64,000 bases of DNA, from IMG/VR virus record IMGVR_UViG_3300044295_000306. One strand, 5' to 3'. The notes under the pieces were generated by a model, which did no database searches, was not told the origin of the DNA, and was given only the letters and a program-made list of their open reading frames with translations. Within the stretch, counting starts at the first letter, position 1. Every line of letters begins with the position of its first letter. The position numbers and the translations under genes were made by a program. This document shows, in pieces, positions 36,190 through 46,441 of the stretch. The stretch is from a virus (Duplodnaviria; Heunggongvirae; Uroviricota; Caudoviricetes).

Positions 36190-37878
36190 TTATTTAACAG
36201 CTTTTAATTTATTATTTCTATTTATATTAGAATATTTACTTACCAATTCGTCCAACTCAGGAGTTAATGATTCTGTGTCAGATTCTTGACTTTGTTCTTG
36301 ATCTTGATCTTGATTTTGTGCTTGTACATCACCATTTTGATTTTGATCCATACCTTGTTGATCTTCAGGCATTGGTGCAGATCCTTCTTCATCTATCTCG
36401 GCCTGCATTGTTTCGATGGTTTCATCATTCATCATTAGAACATTCTTTTTAACCCATTTTTGTGAATAATATACTCCAATAAATGGTTGAAGAACTTGTA
36501 ATGTATTAATTCTCTCGCGCAATAGTTCTGCATCACGCATTTCTGCAAAGTTATTATCCTCAACATAGTCAAATTTAATAAACTCTTGCATTTGTTCCCA
36601 TTCTTCAATAGTACAAATGCCTTTTAAAGATAATTGAACTCGAAGAATAGCATCAAACAGCATTGAGAATCGATTGCGAAGTCTATTAACAAACTTAGCA
36701 AATCTTACTTCATCCCTTGTAATTTCAGCCACACGACCCAATCCCATCATACCGCCACCAGTAGCAGCTTCTGGATCTAGTCTTGTTACAGGAACATTAA
36801 GTGCTTTATATAATACTTTTCTGAAATATATAACATCATCAATCTGACCCAAGTTTTGACCAGCTGGAAGTGTTGTAATTTCTGTACCTCTTCCACCCTC
36901 TCTTCTTGGTAACCAGAAATCTTCAAGCATTGATAGATGTTTTCTTTCATCACGAATCTCACCTGTACTTGCATCATATACAAGTTTATTACGATATTTT
37001 ATCATAATATCGCGCAAATATTGTTCTGCTTTAAGTTTTGGTAAATTACCAACATCAATATAGAACACCCTACGTTCAGGTGCGCGAGATAAACGGTAAA
37101 TAACTACCGCATCCTCTATCATTCTTAATTGATTTAATGCTTTAATTGCTTTATGTAGGTAAGAAACAACCATTACGTTCTTACCGTCCATCATACCTGA
37201 ATTGACATTAATTACAGAATCAGGTGCTATTCTTGAACCTTGATTGACTGATGCTGTATATGATTGTGCGGCTAATCCGCGTTCATTGAATACATAATAT
37301 TCAGAAACAGCTTTAATTGTTTCAAGTCCTGTTCTTATATCTCTTTGTTTTTGAATTTCACGGACTTTTCTAATCTTTCGAGGATCAATAAATCTTAATT
37401 CTTTAATACCTTGTTTTGGATTATCTTGATCTACAACGGCATGATAATACAATCTACCATCTATATACCAGCGTTTAAAGATTTCATCGCCTAAATTGGA
37501 AAAATTAAGCATTCGCTTAATAGAATCGAATTCATCACGAATTTTCTTTTTGATTGTTTCTGGTTGTTGAAGTTTATCAAGATTAATACTTACAAGTTGT
37601 CCTTGTACATCCATTGTGAAAGCTTCTGAAACAATTTCAGTAATTGCTTGTTCGCATTCTGGATGAAGAGACATTTCACGATATCTAGTAATAAGTTCAA
37701 TTTCATTTCTGACAGAACCTTCTAGATCGACATAGGTACCATAATAGGCACCTTGAGTGATGGTAATTGCACCATCTTCTATTGCTGGTTGAGGTAATGA
37801 AAATACAGGTTGTTCAGGTTTTGTAACCTGAGTTAAATCTTTTTTACCTAAACTGAAACCGAAAAGTTTGAATGACAT
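36190..37878 (-). CDS. 20: Portal protein gp20
   Basis: WYIDGR, IEDAVVIYRLSRAPERRVFYIDVGNLP, EDFWLPRREG. Confidence 0.98.
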   Translation of the reverse strand: MSFKLFGFSLGKKDLTQVTKPEQPVFSLPQPAIEDGAITITQGAYYGTYVDLEGSVRNEIELITRYREMSLHPECEQAITEIVSEAFTMDVQGQLVSINLDKLQQPETIKKKIRDEFDSIKRMLNFSNLGDEIFKRWYIDGRLYYHAVVDQDNPKQGIKELRFIDPRKIRKVREIQKQRDIRTGLETIKAVSEYYVFNERGLAAQSYTASVNQGSRIAPDSVINVNSGMMDGKNVMVVSYLHKAIKALNQLRMIEDAVVIYRLSRAPERRVFYIDVGNLPKLKAEQYLRDIMIKYRNKLVYDASTGEIRDERKHLSMLEDFWLPRREGGRGTEITTLPAGQNLGQIDDVIYFRKVLYKALNVPVTRLDPEAATGGGMMGLGRVAEITRDEVRFAKFVNRLRNRFSMLFDAILRVQLSLKGICTIEEWEQMQEFIKFDYVEDNNFAEMRDAELLRERINTLQVLQPFIGVYYSQKWVKKNVLMMNDETIETMQAEIDEEGSAPMPEDQQGMDQNQNGDVQAQNQDQDQEQSQESDTESLTPELDELVSKYSNINRNNKLKAVK

Positions 37879-37905
37879 TAGATTATACGCTCATTATGAA
37901 ATTAT

Positions 37906-37928
37906 AAAAGAGGGGAAAATCCCCTCTT
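37906..37928 (-). terminator. Terminator after gene 19
   Basis: AAGAGGGG-n5-CCCCTCTT then TT on minus. Confidence 0.65.
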
Positions 37929-37932
37929 CTAT

Positions 37933-38478
37933 TTAAACAACACCAGCTTCAACTGCTTCCCACCATTGATATGCTAATGTAACGCTGAACTCTTCGATTG
38001 TATCGTTTGCGCCCCAATCAACATCAATAGGTGCAACATCAGTTGGAAACAATCCTACAAATTTGTAAGACTTGAGTGTATTGCCTTGTTTACCAAACTG
38101 TGTCACAGAAGCATCTACTGTATAAGCTGCTGGATTAAATGCTAAAGGATTACGCACGTTTAAATTGTGACTATTAATTCCATTTAGCCAACGCTCGAAA
38201 GAATTTCTGATTTGAAAATCTTCGTCATTAATAACTGTTACTGTCCAATCAGCAAAAGTTCTATTACCAGCAAACTTAAGTTCACGACCGAAGTATTGAA
38301 CTGGCACAATACCAACAGTAGAACCTGGTAATTGTGCTGTCCTACACATAAACTTCATTTTTTGTGAAGAGTTTGCTGGAGATGAAAATGCTGGGAATGG
38401 TAACGTAACTTCAAAAAGATTTGGTCTTGCACCATCGCCCTGCATTTGAGAGCGGAATTCATTTACATTGAAAGCCAT
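37933..38478 (-). CDS. 19: Tail tube gp19
   Basis: GARPNLFEV, GRELKFAGNRTF, IEEFSVTLAYQWW. Confidence 0.95.
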   Translation of the reverse strand: MAFNVNEFRSQMQGDGARPNLFEVTLPFPAFSSPANSSQKMKFMCRTAQLPGSTVGIVPVQYFGRELKFAGNRTFADWTVTVINDEDFQIRNSFERWLNGINSHNLNVRNPLAFNPAAYTVDASVTQFGKQGNTLKSYKFVGLFPTDVAPIDVDWGANDTIEEFSVTLAYQWWEAVEAGVV

Positions 38479-38496
38479 ATTAGATTCTCCTCTCTC

Positions 38497-38503
38497 TATT
38501 TAT
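38497..38503 (-). promoter_or_regulatory. Late promoter ATAAATA (gene 19)
   Basis: Core match overlapping the gene 18 stop. Confidence 0.6.
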
Positions 38504-40173
38504 TAAAATTTGCCCACAATTTCATCAAAACTTACACCTGTTCTTACAGCAACAAAGTTAAGTTGGATAAAATTGATGGAACGTGCTGGTTTAATGTATA
38601 TATCACCCACAAATTGATTCGAATCTATAACTTGTGGTGTATTGTTTGTAGTGTCACAAACAACACGATAATCATAGATACCACGACGACCTTTAACATC
38701 ACGCAAGAATGGTTCTACAAAAGCAACAAATTGTGCGCGTGTGAAATCATCATTAAATTCAAACAACGATGAACGTGCAGCTTTTGCGATTGCCTGTTCA
38801 AGAACAATGAATAGACGACGAACATTAATTCTATCAAATGCGCTTGGACGGCTTAACATTGTCTTATCGCCGTAAAGAAGAGTGCCTTCTCCTGGGAATG
38901 TAACAACTGGATTTACACCATTCTTGTAAAGAGTATCGCGTTCAGATTTATTTGGATTCCATGCAAGTTTAACAACATTAAGAATTTGTCCTCTGTATCC
39001 TGCTGGTGAGAACCATGGATCACGTTGTAAATCGGTACGTACACACAATCCTGCAATGTCACCGTTTAGAGGTACCCAACGGTATACATCATTATACTTG
39101 TCATATTGGTATTTCCATCCACAATCCATTTCTGCATATGAAGATGAAGTATATGTGTTTCTTGTTACAACTACTGCTGCTGCTTCACCTCCAGCGTTAT
39201 TAACAACATCTGATTGTTGTGGTGAAACAAACACTAGAACATCTTTTCTTGATTCTGCAATAGCAATAACATAATTTACAATTGTTGATGAATCTGTTGA
39301 TTGACCCATCATTAGAAGTGATGTATCGCTCGAATCGGAATTATTAAATTTATCCCATGATGTTTGATAATTACCAGCGGTTGTAGTTGCTGTTGTACCA
39401 TTAGCAAGATTTAATGTTGAAATTGATGCTGTTTGTGTGAATGTTGTATTAGATGCTGGAACACCCCAAGTTGCATCAAGATGTTTACCCCACCAAATAT
39501 ATTTTGATGTTTGATTAACAACATTTACATAGTAGTTTGAAGTACCATCTGATTTCTTGGCATCTGATGCTTTTGATACATAAGAAAATGTTTCTAAGAC
39601 TGTATTGGCTGTTCCTGAAAATTTACCTAAACGATCAATAACAACAATATGCAATTCATCATTAGCACCACCTTGATTTGAAGTCCAATCGGACGTAGCG
39701 GGTGCTGATGCGATTACTGTATTACCTTGTGCCCATGTAGCAAAAAGAGAATTATTAGCACAAACACTCACTTGAAGTGAATTACCAATATCTCCTGGAT
39801 ACTTTGCGATCCAATATTCTGCTGTACCTATATTTGAAATGCTATTGTAATCGTCAATATTTTTAACTTGGCGATTTGCTGCTGTTGTGTTACTTGTTGC
39901 GTTATATGTTCCGGAATTTGCTGTACGAACAAATCTCAAGTCGCTTCCATAAGATAGGAAGTTTGACATTGTGAAAAATGTCTTATATGTGTTTGCGTCT
40001 GGCTTACCAAATACGCTAACGAATTGATCTTCACTTGAGATAGAAATTACTTGATTAACAGGACCCCATACCGCTTCACCTACTAATCCACCAACAGTTG
40101 TACCTACCGCAGGCACTACCGTTGTCAAATCTACTTCGGAGACATTAATTCCTGGTGAAAGTTGAAATGCCAT
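38503..40173 (-). CDS. 18: Tail sheath gp18
   Basis: SPGINVSEVD, PWFSPAG, DRINVRRLF, IKPARSINFI. Confidence 0.97.
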   Translation of the reverse strand: MAFQLSPGINVSEVDLTTVVPAVGTTVGGLVGEAVWGPVNQVISISSEDQFVSVFGKPDANTYKTFFTMSNFLSYGSDLRFVRTANSGTYNATSNTTAANRQVKNIDDYNSISNIGTAEYWIAKYPGDIGNSLQVSVCANNSLFATWAQGNTVIASAPATSDWTSNQGGANDELHIVVIDRLGKFSGTANTVLETFSYVSKASDAKKSDGTSNYYVNVVNQTSKYIWWGKHLDATWGVPASNTTFTQTASISTLNLANGTTATTTAGNYQTSWDKFNNSDSSDTSLLMMGQSTDSSTIVNYVIAIAESRKDVLVFVSPQQSDVVNNAGGEAAAVVVTRNTYTSSSYAEMDCGWKYQYDKYNDVYRWVPLNGDIAGLCVRTDLQRDPWFSPAGYRGQILNVVKLAWNPNKSERDTLYKNGVNPVVTFPGEGTLLYGDKTMLSRPSAFDRINVRRLFIVLEQAIAKAARSSLFEFNDDFTRAQFVAFVEPFLRDVKGRRGIYDYRVVCDTTNNTPQVIDSNQFVGDIYIKPARSINFIQLNFVAVRTGVSFDEIVGKF

Positions 40174-40227
40174 CTTGTTCTCCTTATTTACTCAGGCATA
40201 AATAATTATTTCTAATTACTTGTTCAA

Positions 40228-40235
40228 TATTTATA
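40228..40235 (-). promoter_or_regulatory. Late promoter TATAAATA (gene 18)
   Basis: Exact match. Confidence 0.8.
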
Positions 40236-40239
40236 AAAA

Positions 40240-41910
40240 TCATAATTTTGAAGGAAAATACCCTTTTCTAGACCAATCCGATACTTTCCATACATCACCA
40301 TCCTCTACAATAACATCTTCTGTCTTTCCATCTTCAATAAATCCAAAAGGTGTCATTTCTTCTTCAAAATCCATCAAAACTTCTCTTTCCAATAAAGACG
40401 GTCTTACATCTGTATCGGTCGATTCTTTAAAATATTTTTGTGAAACCATCCAAGCAAATAATACTAATGTCATAACCAAATCATCATTACTTCCTTCATC
40501 CGCAGCAAATGAATTCCTTTGAAGTGTAAAAGTATTCAATTCTGCAATAGTATCAAAATCATTAACAATTAATCGATCGGATTCAATCAGTGTCTTTAAG
40601 TTAGCACAACCTATCTTCTTTACAGCATCAGTTGTTCTCAAACCAAAAGTAATTGCTTTCTTGAATCCAGCGGAAATTTGTTGTTTCTTTGCTTTATTCT
40701 CAAAACGGAATATATTCTCATACTCCAAATCATAATGCAAAATATCAACAACTTGTTGTCCATTATCATTAATCTCTACAATAACAAAGGCATCATTATA
40801 TCTTCTAGCCAAAGCATAAATTATATTAGGTAATACCAATGGAGAAATAATATTTGATCTATATTTGGCTACTTGTTTATACGGTACCGAAGTAACATCT
40901 ATTACAGATATAGCAGAATAATCTAGTCCTGTACCCCTAGAAGGATCAACAATTACAGCATATAAATGATCGGGAGATATCTTCTTTTTGTTCTCATAAA
41001 CCGCTTTTATTGGTTGCTCATATACCGTAACACCATCACCTTCTTGAATAGGTGTTATATAGGTCAATGCTCGAAGTTTAGAACCGGAAATCAATGTATG
41101 TGAAGAACCAATAAACTCACACTCAAATTCCACTCTAAATTGCTCTTCACTTGTATTTCTGATAGTTTCTTCTCGCCATTTTTGATCCCTACCGGGTACC
41201 ATAGACCAATGAATCTCAATAGGAATATATGTTGATCTTTTTTCAATAGCATCTGTCCACATCTTATAGAATTGATTTAAACCATTTGGTGTTGATACTA
41301 TAATAACTTTTGTAGTTCTACCAGAAGAAATAACAGGATATGTGGATTGGAAGAATTCTTGTGCCATGTTATGGGGAACGAATGCAAACTCATCAAGGAA
41401 AATGCAATTATAGGTTCCTCCACGAACACCAGCTCCTGTTGTTGCATATGCATATATCTTTGAACCATTTTCTAATTCAAGATTACCTTTATTCCAGACT
41501 ATGATACCTTGTTGTAACCATATAGGTAAATTCTCATAAGCATATTGTAATCTTCCTAATATCTCGCGAGCCAATGGTCCTTTGTTAGCCAATATCGCAA
41601 CACTATAATTTTCATTAAATAAGACACACCAAAGCATATAACCAACAGTTGTTGTTGTTTTTCCAACTTGGCGAGGCATCTTACATATTGAAAATCGATT
41701 GTTATGGAATTGTCTGACCATATCTTCTTGAAATGGCCACATATCAAAATTAATTATACCTCGATCTACGTTAACAATCTTGACATAATTTTTGATGAAA
41801 TAAATCGGATCTTCAGCACACTTAAGAAATTCATTTTGATCTTCTTTAGTGAACTGTATTACTTGACCGATTCTTTTTAGTTTTGGATTACCTAAATAAC
41901 CTTCAATCAT
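40240..41910 (-). CDS. 17: Terminase large subunit gp17
   Basis: PRQVGKTT, FLDEFAF, STPNG, DPSRGTGLDYS, DDLVM. Confidence 0.97.
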   Translation of the reverse strand: MIEGYLGNPKLKRIGQVIQFTKEDQNEFLKCAEDPIYFIKNYVKIVNVDRGIINFDMWPFQEDMVRQFHNNRFSICKMPRQVGKTTTTVGYMLWCVLFNENYSVAILANKGPLAREILGRLQYAYENLPIWLQQGIIVWNKGNLELENGSKIYAYATTGAGVRGGTYNCIFLDEFAFVPHNMAQEFFQSTYPVISSGRTTKVIIVSTPNGLNQFYKMWTDAIEKRSTYIPIEIHWSMVPGRDQKWREETIRNTSEEQFRVEFECEFIGSSHTLISGSKLRALTYITPIQEGDGVTVYEQPIKAVYENKKKISPDHLYAVIVDPSRGTGLDYSAISVIDVTSVPYKQVAKYRSNIISPLVLPNIIYALARRYNDAFVIVEINDNGQQVVDILHYDLEYENIFRFENKAKKQQISAGFKKAITFGLRTTDAVKKIGCANLKTLIESDRLIVNDFDTIAELNTFTLQRNSFAADEGSNDDLVMTLVLFAWMVSQKYFKESTDTDVRPSLLEREVLMDFEEEMTPFGFIEDGKTEDVIVEDGDVWKVSDWSRKGYFPSKL

Positions 41911-42298
41911 TATTATTTTGTTTCTTCAATTTTAATAAATCTGCTGTTGTTCCTACAAATACAGCTTTATCAACATAAGTTTGTTTGGATGATGATTCTT
42001 TTGAAATAACCTTGTTTGCTTTGTGTATCTCAAGCAAATCTTTGTTCATTTCTGAAAGATTTTTTAAAAAGTTTGAAGCTACTTCATATGCTCTAGGATG
42101 TTCAGACGCAACAGCAACCTTAAGAATATTATCTAAAGCTTCATTGCCTTTTTCAATAATGTTTCGAATATTGGTCCTGGCAAATTCGGTATCATCATCA
42201 ATACTATCTTTGACAATTACAGGAAATTTATCAGATTGATTTTCCTCTAGAGGCATAATATCCAATGCCTCTGATAGTTTTTCGTTCAAATTTCTCAT
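41903..42298 (-). CDS. 16: Terminase small subunit gp16
   Basis: SEHPRAYEV, VFVGTTADL. Confidence 0.9.
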   Translation of the reverse strand: MRNLNEKLSEALDIMPLEENQSDKFPVIVKDSIDDDTEFARTNIRNIIEKGNEALDNILKVAVASEHPRAYEVASNFLKNLSEMNKDLLEIHKANKVISKESSSKQTYVDKAVFVGTTADLLKLKKQNNND

Positions 42299-43323
42299 AG
42301 TTCATATTCAATAATTGTATCTGAAAATCCATATGCATCCGTTGCTTTTGCTGTTATTGGATCCTGCACCGACGTTACAGACACCATTAATGTATTAGCA
42401 ACTGCCATTGATGCAACATTATAAGTTGCATTTGAATAATCACCAACAATCATCATTCCATTCTGGAACAATCCATTTGCTTGTGTAATATATAAAATCT
42501 TAGAGTTAGCATTCCAATCAGCAACTAAACCAAATATATTGTTTGCCTTAGATCGAACTACCTCTGACTGAGCATAATCTACATTGGCTACATTACTTGC
42601 ATTGTTTGCCATGTAAATCTTTTGAATTGCACTATTATTAGTATCATTTCTAATGTTAACTGTTGATCCACCAGTATAACCACCATGTCCATCAGAAACA
42701 CCCATTATAATAGCTGAATTACTTACAGGACCAAACATGAACGTTTTAGCTGTGAATGTCAATGTCCATGTTATAAGTCTTGTGGTTAGAAAATCTCCCT
42801 CATATTGTATATCTTGATTTACTGTGTCGAGAATAACAGGAAAATCATATGACTTGCCCATTTCAGGATTTATATTAACTGTCATAGTATAATCAGGAGT
42901 AAAATAAGGTAAAATCTGTTCTATGATTTGAGTGCCATCTTCATGATTTCTTACATATAAAGATAGACTGAATTCTATATTATAAGGAACTGGTATGTAT
43001 TGTGATTTTACTGTATTTGTTCCTGATGAACCAGCAAAATTCATTAATGTTGATTGTTGTTTTCTTGTGCTGTCATATGTCAAATTAGTCATTTCAAATG
43101 ACATTCTAGGAACAGTAATAGCTACAGATTTAGTTAATGTTGGATCTTGTGTTATTCTTTGAATATATTTTTCTTTCGGACCATAATTCAATGGTACTTT
43201 GAATCTTTCTTTAGTTAAAGATCCATCTTTAGTATATCTATAAACATAGATATTATTGAATAATGTACCAAAAGCAACAATACATTTTCTTATTGTTCTA
43301 TGATAAAAATGTGTCTGGAACAT
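42295..43323 (-). CDS. 15: Tail terminator gp15 with C-terminal extension
   Basis: FGTLFNNI, VPLNYGPKEK, PRMSFE, EQILPYF. Confidence 0.92.
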   Translation of the reverse strand: MFQTHFYHRTIRKCIVAFGTLFNNIYVYRYTKDGSLTKERFKVPLNYGPKEKYIQRITQDPTLTKSVAITVPRMSFEMTNLTYDSTRKQQSTLMNFAGSSGTNTVKSQYIPVPYNIEFSLSLYVRNHEDGTQIIEQILPYFTPDYTMTVNINPEMGKSYDFPVILDTVNQDIQYEGDFLTTRLITWTLTFTAKTFMFGPVSNSAIIMGVSDGHGGYTGGSTVNIRNDTNNSAIQKIYMANNASNVANVDYAQSEVVRSKANNIFGLVADWNANSKILYITQANGLFQNGMMIVGDYSNATYNVASMAVANTLMVSVTSVQDPITAKATDAYGFSDTIIEYEL

Positions 43324-44225
43324 TAAGGTTCTCCAAACGGATTATGTTCCGTAAAATCTAATATAGCATCACCTTCTGTTTGCAATTGTGCATTATCCGA
43401 CATATCTTCGAACATATTATCCATAGGCGTTTGATCATCTGATGATGCTAAAGTCCATCTTGCATTACTTGTATTACCAATTACTAATGAATTATTTGCA
43501 AAAACACCATTAACTTTTACAACACCAAGAGTTTGTGTTTGAAGATTCCATGAAACTACATTGGCAAATGCTGTTGCTGTATTAAGACTTGTGCCTTGAT
43601 AAACAGATTCATTATTAGCAACATCAAAATTACCAGTACCACCAGGAATAAAGATTAAATCTGTAGCTTGATAATTATCAATAACTTGTTTATCAATTTC
43701 TTGGATGCCCGTTTGTATGATTTCTTGTGAGAATACAAATTGTTTCATTTTTAGCATATAAAGATATACATTAGCATCCCTACCCCTACCGAGGGTATAG
43801 AACTGTGCAACAGGATTTTCATGTTCAACGAAAGTAATTTCAAAAAAGTTTTGAACTAATGGAACATAAACCAAATCACCTTCTCGCGCCCTTATTAGAC
43901 CTGGTACAGAAGCTTTAAATCTTCTTCTTGATACCTGAAATGTAACTTCATCAGGAATCTCTAGACCAAACTTAGATATGAAATCACCAGCGCCTTCCAT
44001 ACCCGTAACATCATATAGATACATTTCCAATGGATAAGCTTTAACATATTTCTTCAATTGATCTTCACCCATGAGTTTATCAAATGAATCATCTGTTTCA
44101 CGAGGAAGATACCATACATCCATACCATATATTTGCAAAGCTTCAATAAGCAAATCTTCAACTAGTAATTGCTCACTAGTTATTTGCCCTGCTGGAAAAT
44201 TATTAAAATATTGGTTAGTTGCCAT
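43323..44225 (-). CDS. 14: Neck protein gp14
   Basis: YGMDVWYLPRE, SKFGLEI, REGDLVY. Confidence 0.92.
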   Translation of the reverse strand: MATNQYFNNFPAGQITSEQLLVEDLLIEALQIYGMDVWYLPRETDDSFDKLMGEDQLKKYVKAYPLEMYLYDVTGMEGAGDFISKFGLEIPDEVTFQVSRRRFKASVPGLIRAREGDLVYVPLVQNFFEITFVEHENPVAQFYTLGRGRDANVYLYMLKMKQFVFSQEIIQTGIQEIDKQVIDNYQATDLIFIPGGTGNFDVANNESVYQGTSLNTATAFANVVSWNLQTQTLGVVKVNGVFANNSLVIGNTSNARWTLASSDDQTPMDNMFEDMSDNAQLQTEGDAILDFTEHNPFGEP

Positions 44226-45178
44226 TATCCAATAAGTATCTCAGGAGGTAGTACATTAAGAATTGCCATATCTTCTTCTATTTTTTCTATCTCTGCTTCT
44301 GCTTCATCATATATTTGTTGTCCATTTAATGTAACACCACCTGGCATTTGAATACCAGAAAACTTTTTAAGATTGCTTCCCCATTGACGTTTAATTAATG
44401 CAGTACCATATCTTTTGAGAAAACGATCATTCCAGACAGCAGATAGTCCTGCTTTAACTAAAGGTAAAGTTGTAAGGGTTGTACTATAAGCACTTGAAAC
44501 ATTCATTGATGTGTCTGAATCAATATTAATAATTCTTTTTGGTTCATTATTGATAGCGACTTCATCACCTATAATAAAATCTTTATAAAATGTTGTGCCT
44601 ACACCAGTTACAGTATTACTTGTTGAAGATATATTAACTGTACCATCTAATGTGATTAAATCTGGTTCTAATTGACGATAACATTCAACAACAATCCAAC
44701 TATCTTCTTTTACAAATCTTGCCCAATCTAAATCAATATATAATCTACCTAAATGTCTATTATATCTAAATTGTGGTGTTCCTGTGAATAAAAGTTGAAT
44801 TGTTCGAATATGTTGCATGGTAATTTCATATGGAACATAAGAAACTGATGTAAAATCATATAAATCATGCAAACGTAATTGATAACGTAAATCAAACATA
44901 TTAACAGTTGAATTAGAATCATCAAATGGCCATACAGAAGTAATACCTATTATCGCTGTAGGAACATAAATCCAATGTCTGTCAATATCTTCACTTGTTA
45001 ATTGGTGTCTCATATATACTTTTTCAACGCCATCAAAGTGATAATCGGCAAAATATTGAAGAGCTTCATCAATACGATCATTTATTTGATCATCATCTAC
45101 ATTGATATCAATTACTGGAAAACCTAGTTTTCTCAGACAATAATCTTTAAATTCATCTCTTGTTGTTGGTGTTGACAT
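44225..45178 (-). CDS. 13: Neck protein gp13
   Basis: YCLRKLGFPVIDINVD, QWGSNLKKF, PGGVTLNG. Confidence 0.93.
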   Translation of the reverse strand: MSTPTTRDEFKDYCLRKLGFPVIDINVDDDQINDRIDEALQYFADYHFDGVEKVYMRHQLTSEDIDRHWIYVPTAIIGITSVWPFDDSNSTVNMFDLRYQLRLHDLYDFTSVSYVPYEITMQHIRTIQLLFTGTPQFRYNRHLGRLYIDLDWARFVKEDSWIVVECYRQLEPDLITLDGTVNISSTSNTVTGVGTTFYKDFIIGDEVAINNEPKRIINIDSDTSMNVSSAYSTTLTTLPLVKAGLSAVWNDRFLKRYGTALIKRQWGSNLKKFSGIQMPGGVTLNGQQIYDEAEAEIEKIEEDMAILNVLPPEILIG

Positions 45179-45179
45179 A

Positions 45180-45356
45180 TTAGACTACCGAAAATGAGTA
45201 TTGTGGATTTACTATAGATTGATTAATTAAAGCATCAGATGTTGCTATTGTAAGAGTTTTTGTAACAGTATCATTACCTATTTTTGACACTATTGTAGAA
45301 TATGTACCAAAATTAGATAAATCAGAAGCACAGATATTATTTGCTAATGCTGCCAT
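45180..45356 (-). CDS. 58-aa hypothetical protein
   Basis: Hand-translated MAALANNICASDLSNFG...; exactly fills the gap. Confidence 0.55.
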   Translation of the reverse strand: MAALANNICASDLSNFGTYSTIVSKIGNDTVTKTLTIATSDALINQSIVNPQYSFSVV

Positions 45357-45357
45357 A

Positions 45358-46428
45358 TTAACTTGTTTTTAGTAAAAGACCGGTAATACCAGCATTAAAA
45401 AATGTGTATGTATCGCCTAGTACATTGACTGTATCACCGCTATTGCCCATATTAGCACTACAATAGTATATCGGACATATACCGGTTACAAATTGTGTAG
45501 GATATCCTCTTCTGCTAACATTAAAATATATTGGTTCTATTATATATGTTGGTGCGCCTACGGAAGAAAGAGAGTTTTGGTGGGTGCTTTCTGATATGGT
45601 TGTAACCAAATGACCATCATTCATACAAGACCAACCATTATTAAAATAAGTTGATTCTGAAACATCATATGTTCCATAATTGGTACCGGTATTAGGATCT
45701 GTTATATTAAATACAATCCAAGTACAAGTATTACCATAACTTCCATTATTTGATAAAGGAATAATATTTCCTTGTGTATAGCCGCCAGTATTAGCGGCAG
45801 CAGCACCTTTTGTTTGTCCCACTTGTATAAAGGGTGCTATATTTTGAAATGTATGTAAATCAGTTTGAGAAGTTTCCCATACACCTTGAAATCCATTTCC
45901 TTCTTGTATAATAGTTAAATGTCTCTGATTCGCAATAACATGAAATATTTTATTTGCTGTTGTAGATAAACCATAAGAATAGCCACCAATATTAGAATTA
46001 TCATTGCCATAAAGTCTAAAACCCTCATTTGTTAGTATACCTGTTGAGTTTGCTGACTGAGCGCCAGTTAGTGTAAATGTTGTGTTTCCGGTAGATGAAT
46101 TTGCAGCATAAGCAATTTTTTGTATAGTTAATGCACAATATTTTAATACACTAGCATTTGCTGATGTAGGAGCACTAAAACATAAATTAGACTGTACATT
46201 ATTTTGCCAATTAGTATTAGTGGCACAAATATTAGGCTGATCATTAGCATTTGTACTACCTACATAAGTCCATCCGGCTGGTGTTGCATCAACAATTATT
46301 GATGATGATGTGCTAAACATTGTCAGATTAGCTGTAGAAGGTGCAGAAGATGTTATCAAACGTCCAATATCTCTCATTGCGTTCATTGCAGATATATTTA
46401 AACTACCAACAACTAATTTAGCATACAT
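45358..46428 (-). CDS. Virion/fibre-associated protein, paralog A
   Basis: Ser/Thr/Asn-rich; clear paralog of the next ORF. Confidence 0.6.
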   Translation of the reverse strand: MYAKLVVGSLNISAMNAMRDIGRLITSSAPSTANLTMFSTSSSIIVDATPAGWTYVGSTNANDQPNICATNTNWQNNVQSNLCFSAPTSANASVLKYCALTIQKIAYAANSSTGNTTFTLTGAQSANSTGILTNEGFRLYGNDNSNIGGYSYGLSTTANKIFHVIANQRHLTIIQEGNGFQGVWETSQTDLHTFQNIAPFIQVGQTKGAAAANTGGYTQGNIIPLSNNGSYGNTCTWIVFNITDPNTGTNYGTYDVSESTYFNNGWSCMNDGHLVTTISESTHQNSLSSVGAPTYIIEPIYFNVSRRGYPTQFVTGICPIYYCSANMGNSGDTVNVLGDTYTFFNAGITGLLLKTS

Positions 46429-46441
46429 ATTATATTTCCTA

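Noticed and set aside
35999-36350. Short CTTGTT/CTTGAT tandem repeats
   Set aside because: They encode low-complexity EQ/QD acidic tails of gp67 and the portal, normal for these proteins.
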